From the human T2T-CHM13v2.0 reference genome, Homo sapiens, in assembly GCF_009914755.1 (NCBI RefSeq), contig NC_060938.1: a DNA stretch of 64,000 bases; one strand, 5' to 3'. The position numbers and the translations under genes are program-made. Shown here in pieces: positions 13,591-27,949 of the stretch; within the stretch, counting starts at the first letter, position 1; each line of letters starts with the position of its first letter. The notes beneath the pieces are model-generated. The model made no database searches and was not told where the DNA came from. It saw nothing but the letters and a program-made list of their open reading frames with translations.

Positions 13591-13629
13591 CACACACATA
13601 TATACACACATATATACACACATATATAT
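13537..13629. repeat. Compound microsatellite A24-(TA)n-(CA/TA)n
   Basis: Directly visible. Confidence 0.97.
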
Positions 13630-14269
13630 TTGAGATTATACACAGTTTTATCTCATACTTTTAAGAAAGACCATTGTGATTTACCGAAAAGTAAGTAGTA
13701 TAAGTGAACCCTTACAAGCTTTTTGAGCAGCGTTAATTAAGGAATGAGTTTAAGTCATCCAGGTAGACAAACGAGGAAACAGGATGCTTACCCACGAAGG
13801 ACATACCTCTGTGTTCCATTAGCTAGATTGGTCATCTCTGTAGCCAAGTGAAGAGGCCTGTGGCGAGAGGCTCCCTGTCTGCAAGCTATTCTCACAGTGT
13901 TTTGATTTCCACTGTTTTGGGGTTTTGAATGGTATTTAAAATTATTTAAAATTATTGAATGGTATTTAAAATTATGAGTGAAGTTTAGTTTCAAATATAG
14001 TACTCATAGCTTTATAACAATTGCTTTAGAATAAAGCATATCTTAATATTACTACATGATAGGTCCCATTCCAGAAGGCTTGTTGACGGAAACAATCTTG
14101 TCTCGTGACTAAACATCCATGTCTCATTCCTACATATCTATAGCATGGGTCTTGGAATCAATATGTATTGCATACCCTGATGTCATTTTTAAACATTTAT
14201 CTTCTCAGAATAATTTTCTGAAGTTTATATTTTAGAAATTACATCTCTGTTACACTGTCCTTTAAGGTA

Positions 14270-14511
14270 CAAGGTTTCTCATTCTTGCCAACTTGGCATT
14301 TGGGGGTGCGATGATTCTTTGTTGGGGTAGCGTGGAGTAGGGGGCTGTCCTGTGTATTGTAGGATGTAGGATGCTTAGCAGCATCCCTGGCTTCCACACT
14401 ATTAATGCCAGTAGGTTTTCCTCCTCCCTCTAGTTGTGACAGCCTAAAATGTCTTCAGGCATTGCCAAATGTCTCTTAAGAGGTAAACTAACCCCTAGCT
14501 GAGAACCCCTG
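14270..14511 (-). mobile_element. MER20 (hAT-Charlie)
   Basis: Diagnostic agcagcatccctggc...ttgtgaca...cattgccaaatgtc...gagaacccctg. Confidence 0.88.
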
Positions 14512-14674
14512 CTTTACTGTACCTGTGCAAATTTTCTGCAGGTGTGTCTGAGCTGTCGATAGGTGGAGGCAAAATGGCCTCCACCCAAAACTGACACTGA
14601 AACATATTAGTTATAATCTAATTTATGTAATAATGGGTACTTTTTTCCTATTAGGCAGTATAATAATATTATTA

Positions 14675-14895
14675 TAATAATGAACATTTTGGGTACTTAC
14701 TGTGTACCAGGCACTGTACTAGGCATTTGCTATGCCACATTTTCTCATTTCAATCTCTTGATGCCCAGGAAGGTAGGTACTATTGTTAACCTTATTTTCC
14801 AGTTGAGAAAACTGGAGCTTAAGTGATAGACTCTCATGGAGCTAGTAAATGTTGGAGCCAGGCTGTCTGAACAGAGTCATGTTCTTAATCACTGT
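14675..14895 (-). mobile_element. MIR
   Basis: MIR core attttccagttgagaaaactggagc with typical flanks. Confidence 0.8.
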
Positions 14896-16694
14896 TCTCT
14901 GATCTCTGCTAGGTTAAAGAGATGGAGAATCTTAAAGTATTTTATCTTTCAAAAGTCTGGAATAAAAATGTGAATGCCTAGATTCCAGATTAATCCTGTT
15001 TGTTCATAATAACCTCATAAATCTAATACCCACTAATCCAGTAGTTACTAACTTGAAGCATGGAAAATACCCTTTTACCCAGCATAATTGGAACTAGTGA
15101 ATTGAAAATATCAACTCAAGCAGGGAATTGTTAAAAAGTATACATTCAAACTGTTTTATTATCATTAACACATATAAGAATATGTTTGCCAAACTCTTGT
15201 GAGACCAAGGGCTTTTCTTTGACAATGATTCTACTCTTTTAAATTCTTAATTGTGTTAATAGGCTAAACCATAAGAATAAAAACATAGAGACTAACAACA
15301 TAATCTGAGTACAAAATCTTAGATTTCATAAATTTTTTCTCATTTTTTCATAGCTGTCCTGCCCACATTTAATCCAACAGCTTTCTTTTTAATGACTTGC
15401 CTTTATTAAGTTTGTATAAAGCCTTAGTTTTTAATAGGAACAACGTTTATCTTTTGTACTCATATTTCATCAGCTTTCATGATTAAATTTCATAATTAAA
15501 ATAGCAAGTCAATTGGTATAAACAGCTCACTCTTTGTCAGCATGAGGTCCAGCTGGCAGGAACAGAAAGTATGTATGGCACCTAGGGATCACCCACTAGA
15601 CTGCTAGTGCCATTGGGTATTTGTCAGCATGGTTTGCAGGGAAATTATGAGCAGTGGTTAATCCAGGAAGTTGTTCAGTGGAAGTCAGTTACACAGAGTG
15701 GTTACTGTAAGAGCTTTTCTTGGGCCACACAACTTTCAAGTCAGACAGGCAATTTGTTACAGTATGATAATATACCACAAATAGTGGCTCTGGATAACAA
15801 AATTTGGAGCAGAAATTAAGCTCTGTAAAGTATAAACTGTACATTTTAAAAATTGTTGTTTATACTTTTATATAGTATAAAACATATCTAAACAAACAAC
15901 TCTGTCTTATAATAGACAACTTTGATTCACTGAAATTAGCAGACTAACTCATTTTTCCTAATCAGAACCTTAAAGCAAGTCTTCTTGTTGAAGGAGTACA
16001 TCAGTGTCAGATGTAATTTATCCTCTAGCACCAAGGTGTGGCAGAGCTGACCTGGCTGTCACTCAGCCGCTTATCACCGGGTAGTTTCCATTTGGCTGCC
16101 TAATGCATTCCTGACTTCACTGTGGCTAAGTCTCAGGTGGGGAGGGGGTGGAGGGGGAGTACTTTACTAAAGTATGCTATACAGCTGATATTATATGTAA
16201 AAATCATATTTGGCTGATGAAGCTATAATCACTTTATTATTATGTTGTTTTTATAAACATTATTTTACAAATTTAGACTTCAGAGGCTATTTTAGTCCAA
16301 CATAGAAGCCAGGTCCATTGCTGGAAAAATACTGGATCAATAGAGGAATCCCATTGTTTGTATTTAGTAAAATAAGCAACATGCCATTGATGCTTTTCTT
16401 TCCAGTCCTTTCTCATGCCCACTTCTCTTTGCCATTTTGCTAGTGAGTGTATGTTTATATTGAGAACCAGGATTAAATGACAGTAATAATATAGCTAACA
16501 TGCATCATGTTACTTCTTTGTACTTTATTGAGTTCCTCACTTAATGCCCATTGGACATTAAGGTGGATCTGTACTGGTGATAGAAGTCCAAGTGATAGCC
16601 ACATCCTCCTTATGGAGGCACAGACTAGGCAGTAGGGCTGCATTCAGATTAACCTGAATTACTTATCTTCCTTTGAGTATGTATGTGTTTTGTG

Positions 16695-16733
<39 letters not shown>

Positions 16734-17016
16734 TTGAGACAGAGTCTCACTCTCTCACCTACGCTGGAGTTCAGTGGCACGATCTCCGCTCACTGCAATC
16801 TTTGCCTCCTGGATTCAAGCGATTCTCGTGCCTCAGCCTCCCAGGTAGCTGGGATTACAGGTGTGCAGCACTGTGCCAAGCTAATTTTTGTATTTTTAGT
16901 AGAGATGGGGTTTCACCACGTTGGCAAGGCTGGTCTCAAACTCCTGGCCTTAAGTGATCTGCCTGCCTTGGCCTCCCAAAGTGCGGTATTACAAGCGTGA
17001 GCCACCGTACCTGGCC
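16695..17016 (-). mobile_element. AluS with (TTTA)n tail
   Basis: Alu dimer preceded by about 10 ATTT units. Confidence 0.95.
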
Positions 17017-18515
17017 TTTTGTTTTCATTTAGATAGTCACCATGATCAGAGTACTAAGGAAATTTATAAGTGGAAAATACTAAGTTATAGAATAATTATA
17101 ATGTTGCCTATATCCTGCATAGCTTGTTGAGGAGGAGACCCTTTCCAAGCCATTACTCATCTTGGTTTCTGTGGCCCCACAGGACTTCTTCAATTTTGCA
17201 CCGAGTGTATAATTGTCTATGAAGTGTGTTCTCCTTGAATCCTATAGAGAGGAATGCATTAATGAAGACAGAGGAGCCCATGGGCTCTTGGCAGTGGCAT
17301 TTGTTGCTCCACTGATCAACAGTGTTGATAGGCTTGTCTTCATGGTAGGTGGAGTGTTACTCTCAAAGTCAAGTTACTGAAGATGCTGTGATAGGGAAGG
17401 GCCTCCCTCTACTGCACACTGCCCAGGAGAAACACAGTATCTGGTCTGAAGCGCATCTAAGAGTATTTTCCCATTCCTTAAAAGAGGGACGACTAATGCT
17501 TATGCACCTAAATATTCTTTGGATAACTGTAAGCCACCAGATTTGATTGTTCTTACTGTTCACCTTCCTTCTCCTCCTCCTCCATTCCAAAACACATACA
17601 AATCAGGTTGAACAGTGATTGAGGAGACAAAGCACATTTCAGTTGCTGTTTTCTGTCTTTACCTCTCACCCTCTTGTAATCAGCCATCTTTAACATAGTT
17701 TCTTTAGAATACCACACTTATCTTGATTTGTACTAAAGTTACAGCTTTAGCACTCTCATATACTCTCAATTTTGCTATCAAGAGCTGTTTTTCAAGTTCC
17801 AGTCTGTCAAATAAGCATCATTAAATAGCTGTTATAAATTTTAGTGGATTATTTTTTAGTGCATATAGAACATCAGGGAATATGATTAGCTAAATATATT
17901 TCTAAAATTGTGTGCTTATTTTGTTTATTCAGTTTTTTTTGCTTTTTAAAAAATCCTTCTGCTATGTAAATATTAGGCTTGAGAAAAGTACCATAGAATG
18001 CCTTACAATTCAGTGTTCTTTAAATATAATTATTCTACTTCTAGTTTTTTGATGTGGACAGTTTTAGATTTCAGATAAATGGTAAACTCCAAGGTCAATG
18101 AGTCTGTTCTGCTGAACCATGTTGTGTTCTACGCTGTTGAATTTAGCAGTTATTTTCTGCCAAAATGAATTGAATGGTGAAAGTTTTTATACATATATAA
18201 TAATTGTTTTAATGCCCTTGCCTTTCATGTTTTTATTGAAGTATTTTTCAATGTAGTTTCATTTTTAAACACTCTATTTATATATAATCTATGTAATTCA
18301 TTCGAAGGTAGCTCTCTATGTATTCCCTCACAGGGAGATTTGAGGCACTAAATGCCTTCCTGAGAAGCTAAGCTAGGAGTGTGTTTTGCTGCTGTCCTTT
18401 TATCTGCTCAGGGCTTCCAGAAGCAAGAAAGCTAGTAGTAGGTATTGTGGTTTTGTGTGTTTGCTCTTTGGAAAGCAGAGGTCCTCTCTTTTCTTCACTG
18501 TGATCTTAAAGTCCC

Positions 18516-18549
18516 AGCGTGGCTCAGCTGCAAGCGTGGCTCAGCTGCA
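18516..18549. repeat. Perfect 17-bp tandem duplication AGCGTGGCTCAGCTGCA x2
   Basis: Directly visible. Confidence 0.95.
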
Positions 18550-19532
18550 CCCTGATCTGGAAGGCTTTCACAGTGCCTGAGCCTCTCAAGCCAGAGGTTT
18601 TTGGAAGCTGCTTAAAAGGGCGTGGGCTTCAACTGCTCCTACATGTGTTTTATTTTAAAATCAAGATAGGCCATCAAAGACCACACTAGTTCAACACTTG
18701 ACTTTATTAAAGGTCATCTTTTTAAGAGCCAGTCATATAAAAACAGAGTTTGTTTTGCAGTAAAGCTGGTGATGAAGACATTTTCATTGTGTCATTCATC
18801 AGCCCCTTTAGAAAGTTCACGTGAAAAATTTATTTTAGAATTTGATGCCAGAAGTTGAAACCGGTAGCTACCAAATGCCTGCCTTTCTGATGATAGGTAT
18901 TTTGTGTGTGTGTTTTGTTTCACTGTATGTCTAGTTTTACTTCAACTCCCAGAACCAAATTTGATGCTCAACTATACAGCTTTGATTATTAACACATCTG
19001 CTTCCACTTTCATCTTTTATTTTCCTATTCTGTTTCATTAGCATGATTTATATATATCCTGTATCATTAATGACCTCAATTCTTTTTGGAAAAAGATGAT
19101 TAGCCTACATTTATATCCAAATAAAACGCCTTTGTCCCCAGGCTTTCTCCTTAGTTCCGGCTGCATTTCTCACCAGCTGTTAATCTGCCTCTACCCAGAT
19201 GGCTACCTCATTGGCATCTGTAACCCATGTGCAGAGAGATTTGGAGTTCACCATTTTTTCCCCTCCTCATCATTGCTCTCCTTCTGTAAATTAAAGCTTC
19301 TTTGATGCCTCCTTTATCTTCATTGTGTTCAACCTACGATCTCTAGTCTACCTTCAAATTGCAGGTAACTTCTGTTCCTTCTGTCCCATTCCCAATTCTT
19401 TATGTAACTTCAGGGCCTCATGCTTCTTACCCAAATTCTAGGTTTCTTAGTCCCTTTATAGTCTACCCTGCTCAAAATCTAACCTTTTGTCTTTGCCAGA
19501 TAGTCCTTTATTCAATCATGTAACAAACATGT

Positions 19533-19985
19533 GGGTCATCTGAGAGGCAGATGCTGAGACTATACAGGACTGCAAGTGGTTAGGGGCTTGGATGAGAGTA
19601 ACTTAGGTCTGTGAAAGATAATTTCGCAGAGAAAGGCTTCAGTCCTTCAAAGGAAAGAGGAGACAAAGGAAGATTAGGCAGGGAGAGCCTCAGACCGTGA
19701 TGCAGGTCTGACAAAGTGTCAGTCAATGCAAAGGGTCAAAAATGAGCATTAGAGAAGCATTACTAGAGCATTACTCCTTGTTGGGGAGTAATAGCCAGGT
19801 CCTGTTACCCCAGCATGCTCAGCTATTGACTAGGGGCTGCCCAGGAGGAGTGTGGCCCAGCTCAAAAATTGTAGTAGATTTGAAGGCACTGCATCCAGAG
19901 ACTTTTAACTAATCCTATTTCTTGTGACCGAACTGGTTGCAGGTTCTTTCTAGAAGGGAAATCAGAGTGTTGCACCAACATACAA
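19533..19985 (-). mobile_element. ERVL solo LTR, LTR16A-like
   Basis: gggagagcctcagac...ggggctgcccaggaggag...ttctttctagaagggaaatc resembles the LTR16 consensus. Confidence 0.7.
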
Positions 19986-20062
19986 AAATGTATTATCCAA
20001 TTTACTATTGTTAAGAGTACCTTCACTTTTTTTAAAGTAGTTTTAAAAATTAAAATAACTGC

Positions 20063-20192
20063 ACATTTATTCACTCATTTGTCCATTTGTTCAGTCATTC
20101 AAATAATATTTAGCATCTATTTTGTGCCAGATACAGTGTCTGGAGGAGAACAAATAGAGATACACCTCTGCCTTCATGGTATTTATAGCCTC
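20063..20192 (-). mobile_element. L2 3' end fragment
   Basis: (TTCA)n-like tail followed by tatttagcatctattttgtgccag. Confidence 0.65.
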
Positions 20193-20301
20193 CAATTAGT
20201 GCAGTTAAGATGAATGGGAAGCTATTAAACAGACGTTTTTTAAAAAGTCTTCTACAATCTCTTTGCTTCCTTTGTTGGAACTCTGTTTTGATGGGTGGTG
20301 A

Positions 20302-20786
<485 letters not shown>

Positions 20787-21834
20787 TTATAGTTATCTTT
20801 CATAATCGTTTTTTCTTATATAACCTCCCCTCCCATTTCTCTATTGGTATTAATTAAGATTTTTTTCTAAGTTCTTTTTCTTGAGTAACCTGTATCTTCC
20901 TGTTTGTATATTTTACTTTTCTTATTTTTCTTGTTTTTTCTTCTTCATGCTGTTAGTTGTCCAGTGATCTTTATCACATTTATGAATAAATGCTGAGGTG
21001 GCTTATTGTAAATGGCTTGGGTTCCCCTGCAGCTCCCCAGCTGATCTCTTCTTACATAGGAGAAGTAGTGTAACCTTGTATAGGAAGGTGTCCCTGTGGA
21101 GTAAAGGAGCAATGATCAGGCTGCACGATAGAAACCCACATGTGTGTCAAAATTAGAAGGGTTTTATCATGTTCCACTCTTGCATGGAGCTGAGTTTCCT
21201 TCCCCTGCCTCAGGGTATACACTGGAATAGGTTACTCTTCCTTTCCTCTCTTGCCTACCTGACAGGCTCCTGCCTGTCCTCCAGGGTTATGCAACCCTCT
21301 GAACCCCTCTCCTGCAAGGTTTAGATGCTCTCCCACCACTGACCTGACCCACCCTAGCACCTCTTGTTCTGCATGATGATTTCTATGCTGCATTAATTCA
21401 CAGCCAGCCTAAGCATGCTTTGAAGGTAAGGGCCACAGAATAGAAGGTCAGGTTTTACAAATGAATGAATGTTTGTTGCTGAACAAGGCCTAAAATTTAT
21501 TGAGTTGAGGAGCCAATATGTCTTGTATTCATAGCATCAGGAAGAAAAAGGTAGAGGAAGCCGTCTGTGTATATGGCCTTGTGTTATACTCCAGACACTG
21601 AATAATATGTTGCAGTTCCTCTTCCTCTCTTTTCAGGAAATGACATTACAGACAGGTCTGTGTGTGGTCATGGTGGTTACCAAGACCACCAATTGATCCC
21701 CACAGGCACAAAACGCCATCACAGAGACTGATTTTTACTATTGTAAACTTTACTGGACACAACTGATGGAAGCTAAAATCAGTGAATGACTGTTTCAGGA
21801 GAAATGGGAGGAGAAGCAGGATTTGCATGATCTC

Positions 21835-22258
21835 CAGGTATCTCCCTTAAGACATTCGTAAACTACAGGAGGAAAGATAGTAACTTTATGGTGGAGAAAC
21901 CTGGCAGACACAGCCTTACCTAAGTGAATCAAGGTTGTTATGAACCTCAGGACGCACTGAGAAGGACACATCATTTCTGTAGTCCTCTTGCCCAAGAGGC
22001 ACAACCCCAGCCCAATCACTTGAAACTATCAGACAAACCCAAATTGAGAGATAAATACTCTTCAAAGCTGTCAAGGTCATGGAAGACAAGTAGACTAAGG
22101 AACTCTTAGAATCTATAGGGGATTAAAAAGACATAACAACAAAATGCAACATGGGATTCTGAATGGGATTGGGGGGATTGCACATAGTGGAAACACTGGT
22201 GAAATTCGAATAAGAACTTTAGTTAATGGTATTGCACCAATGTTAATTTCCCAGTTTT
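21835..22258 (+). mobile_element. Old L1MC/L1MD-type 3' UTR; resumes at ~30257-30410 after the L1MA insertion
   Basis: gtaactttatggtggagaaacctggcagacac...tcagacaaacccaaattgag motifs; sequence continues after the duplicated target site. Confidence 0.7.
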
Positions 22259-22645
22259 ATTTGTGAGGGAGGATATCCATCACCTTGAGTATCATTTCTA
22301 TGTGTTGGGGACATTTCAAGGCCTCTCTTCTAGCTATTTTGAAATATATCAGTAGATCGTTGCTAATAACTATAGTCACTCTAATGTGCTATTGAGCATT
22401 AGAACTTTTATTGTCTAACTGTTTGTACTCATTAACCACCCTCTCTTCATCCTCCCCCACTTCCACCTACACACCCTTCCTGGTCTCTGATATCTATCGT
22501 TACACTCTCTACCTCCATGAAATCAAGTCTTTTAGCTCCCACATGTGCCTGAAAACATGCAATATTTGTCTTTATGTGCCTTGCTTATTTCACTTAACAT
22601 AATGATCTGCAGTTCCATCCATCCATGTTGCTGCAAATGACATGA

Positions 22646-22958
<313 letters not shown>

Positions 22959-25900
22959 GATTTCATTCTTTTTTTTTTTTTTTTTTAATCACCAAATAAT
23001 GTTCTGTTGTGTATACATACCACATTTTCATCATTCATTCATTGATGGACATGTAGGTTGATTCCATATCTTTGCTATTGCAAATAGTTTTGCAATAAAC
23101 ACGTGAGTGTATGTATCCTTTTGATATGTTGATTTATTTTCCTTTGGATAAATACTCAGTAGTGATTGCTGGACTGTGTGGTAATTCTGTTTTTAGTTTT
23201 TTTCCATACTGTTTTCCATAGTGGCTGTATTAATCCATCAACAGTATATGAGTTCCCTTTTCTCTGCATCTTCACCAACATCTGTTGTCTTTTTGTCTTT
23301 TTAATAATACCCATTCTAACTGGGATAAGATGATTATCTCATTGTGGTTTTGCTTTGCATTCCTCTGATAATTAGTGATGTTGAGCATTTTTTTTTATAT
23401 ACCTATTGGCCATATGTGTGTATTCTTTTCAGAAATGTTTATTCATACTTGTTTTAATAGGATTATTTGTTTTTTGTTTTTGTTTTACTGTTGAGTTCCT
23501 TGTGTATTCTGGATATTAGTCCCTTGTCAGATGAAGAATTTGGAAATATTTTACCCCATTAAACTCATGGTTTCTTCACTCTTTTGATTCTTTCTTATGC
23601 TGTACAAAAGCTTTTTACTTTAGTATAGTCCCATATGTCTATTCTTGTTTTCGTTGCCTGTGCTTTTCAGGTCTTAGCCATAAAGTCTTTGCCTAAACCA
23701 ATGTCCTGGAGCATTTCTCCTTTGCCTTCTTCTAGTAGCCTTATAGTTTCAGGTCATATGTTTATTATGTCTTTAATCCATCTTCAGTTGATTTTGTATA
23801 TAGCGAGAGACAGGATTGTAGAATTTTCCCAGCACCATTTATTGAAGAGGGGAAGAGGGTGTCCTTTCCCCATTGTGTGTTCTTGACACCTTTGTCAAAA
23901 ATTAGTTGGCTGTAAATATATGAATTTTTCTGTATTCTGGATTCTGTTCCATTGGTCTTTGTGTCTGTTTTTAGACCAATGCCATGCTGTTTTGATTACT
24001 GTAGCATCGTAATATGTTTTAAAGTCAGGTAATATAATGTTTCCAGCTTCATTCTTTTTGCTCTGGATTGTTTCGTCTCTTCTGCCTCTTTTTTGGTTCC
24101 ATATGAATTTTAGGATGTTTTTTCTATTTCTGCAAAGAATGACATTGATATTTTGAATGAGGATTTGCACTGAATCTGTAAAATGTTGTCATTTTAATGA
24201 TAATAATTCTTCCAATCAATGGGCATGGGACATGTTTGTGTATTCTTCAATTTCGTTCAACAGTGTTTCGTAGTTTTCCTTATAGAGATCTTTTACAACT
24301 TTGGTTTAATTTATTCCTAGGTATTTTTCTTTTCTTGTTTTTTGTTTTTGTTTTTGTTTCTGTTGTAGATGGGATTGCCTTCTTGATTTCTTTCTCAACT
24401 AATTCGTTATTGGTGTAAAGGAACACTACTGAATTTTATGTTGATGTTGATTTTGTATAATGCAACTTTATTGAATTTAATGATCCAGATCTAAGATTTT
24501 TTTGGTGCAGACTTAAGTTTTTTCTAGATATAAGATTATATCATCAGCATAGAGGGACGGTTTGACTTCATCTTTTCCGATTTAGATGCCTTTTCTTTCT
24601 TTCTTTTACCTGATTGCTCTGGCTTGAACTTCCAATACTGTATTGGAGTGGTGAAAGTAGACATCCTTGTCTTGTTCCAATTCTTAGAGGAAAGGATTTC
24701 AGCTTTTCCCCATTCATTGTGATGTTAGCTGTGGGTTGGTCATATATGCCCTTTATGATGTTGAGGTCTGTTTCTTCTATGCCTAGTTTGTTGAGAGTTT
24801 TTATCATGAAGGGATGCAAAATTTTACCAAACAATTTTATGTGTATTGGGATGGTCATATGGTTTTTGTCCTCCATTCAGTTGATGTGATATGTCATACT
24901 TATTGAGTTGCATATTTTGAACCATCTTTGCATCTCTGAGATAAATCCCACTTGGTTATGGTGTATTATTTCTTTGGTGTGTTGTTGGATTCAGTTTGTT
25001 CATATTTTGTTGAACATTTTTGCATGTATGTTCATGTGGAATACTGACCTGCAGTTTTCTTTTTTTGTTGTGTCCTTATCTGGTTTTGGTATCAGGGTAA
25101 TGCTGACCTCATAGAATGAGTTAGGTAGAATTCCATCTTCTTCAGTTTTTTGGAATACTTTGAGGAGAATTTGTATTCTTTATAAGTTTGATAGAATTCA
25201 ACAGCAAAGCCATTGGGTTCTAGACTCTTCTTTATTGGGAGACTTTTTATTACTGCATGATCTTATAACTTGTTATTGTTTTCTTCAGATTTTCTACGTC
25301 TTCTGGATTTGATCTTGATAGGTTGTATGTGTCCAGGAACTCATCCATTTCCTGTACGTTTTTTAGTTTGTTAGTGCCTCTGATCTTTTGTATTTTTGTA
25401 GTTATCAGTTGTGATGTCTTTTTTTTCATTTCTGATTTTATTTTGGTCTTCTCCCTTTTTTTTTCTTGGTTATCCTACCAAGTGGTTTATTGATTGTATT
25501 TGTCTTTTCAAAAAAAACAACTTTTTATTTTGTAGATTTTTTTCTATTGTGTTTTTAGTCTCTATTTTGTTTAATTCTTCTGTGATCTGTTATTTCTTTC
25601 CTTCTACTAATTTTGGATTTGGTTTGTTCTTACTCTTCTAGTTTCTTGAGGTACACCATTAGATTGCTTATTTGAAATCTTTATTTTTGATGTGTTGCTC
25701 ATTGTTATAAAATTATCACTTAACACTGTTTTTGCCATATCCCATCGGTTTTGTACATTGTTTTTTGGTTTTCATTTGCTTCAAGAAATTTCTTCATTTT
25801 CTTTTTAGTTTCTTCTTTGACCCAGTGGTCATTCAGGAGCATATTGTTTAATTTCTATTTATTTTTACAGTTTATAGAGTTTCTCTTATTATTGGTTTCT

Positions 25901-26180
25901 AGTTTTATTTCATTGTGGTCTCAGGAGATACTTGATATTATTTCAAGTTTTAAAGTTTTGTTGAGACTTATTTGGGTCCTAACATACAGTCTATCTTGGA
26001 GAATGTTCTATGTGCTGATGAAAAGAATGTGTATGCTGCAGCTACTGAATGAAATATATTCTGTAAATGTCTGTTATATCCATTTGGTCTAATGTGTAGC
26101 TTAAATTCAGTGTTTCTTTATTGATTTTCTGTCTGGATGATCTGTCTAAGGATGAGAGTAGGGTATTGAAGTCTCTAACT

Positions 26181-26470
26181 CAGGAGTCCCCAACCACTGG
26201 TCTGTGGCCTGTTAGGAACCAGGCTGCGCAGCAGGAGGTGAGCAGCAGGTGAGCCAGCATTATCACCTAAGCTCTGCCTCTAGTCAGAACAGCGTCGGCA
26301 TTAAATTCTCATAGGAGCGCAAATGAACCCTACTGTGAACTGCACATGCGAGGGATCTAGGTTGTGCCCTCCTTATTAGAATCTAATGCCTGTCCCCTGT
26401 CCCCACCATCCATGGAAAAATTGTCTTCCATGAAACCTGTTCCTGGTGCCAAAAAGGTTGGGGACCACTG
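26181..26470. mobile_element. MER1B (hAT-Charlie) within the L1
   Basis: CAGGAGTCCCCAACC...GGTTGGGGACCACTG ends; perfect 8-bp TSD CTCTAACT at 26173-80 and 26471-78. Confidence 0.9.
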
Positions 26471-26960
26471 CTCTAACTATAATAGTATTGGAGTCTTTCT
26501 CTTTAAATCTAATAATGTTTTGTTTATGTATCTGGGTGCTCTGGTGGTGAGTGCAGATATGTTTAGAATTGTTACATCTTTTTGCTGAGTTGATCTATCT
26601 TATATAATGGCCTTCATTGTCTCTTACTTTGTTTGACTTAAAGTCTGTTTTATCTAAGTCTACCTATTCCTGCTCACTTTTGGTTTCCATTTCCATGGAA
26701 TACCTTTTTTATCCTATTACTGTAGTTTGTATGTTTCTTCAGAGGTAAGATGAGTTTCTTGTGGATATTATATAGTTGGATCATATATATATTTTTTTTC
26801 AAATCAGCCGATCTATATCTTTTCTGTGGAAAATGTAATCTATTTACATTCAAGGTTATTATTTATAGGGGGGACATATTTCTGTCACTTTATTAATTGA
26901 TTTCTAGTTATTTTATATATCGGTTTCTTTCTCATGTTATTTACCACTGTGATTTGGTGG

Positions 26961-27949
<989 letters not shown>

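Noticed and set aside
16136-16157. G-quadruplex candidate
   Set aside because: Only three tracts of three or more G, so at best a weak two-tier structure.
17274-17287. Perfect 14-bp palindrome GAGCCCATGGGCTC
   Set aside because: About four are expected by chance in 64 kb (64000/4^7).
23895-24876. Reverse-transcriptase-like ORFs as an active element or novel system
   Set aside because: Short frameshifted remnants of ancient L1 ORF2; the same applies to 57358-62293.
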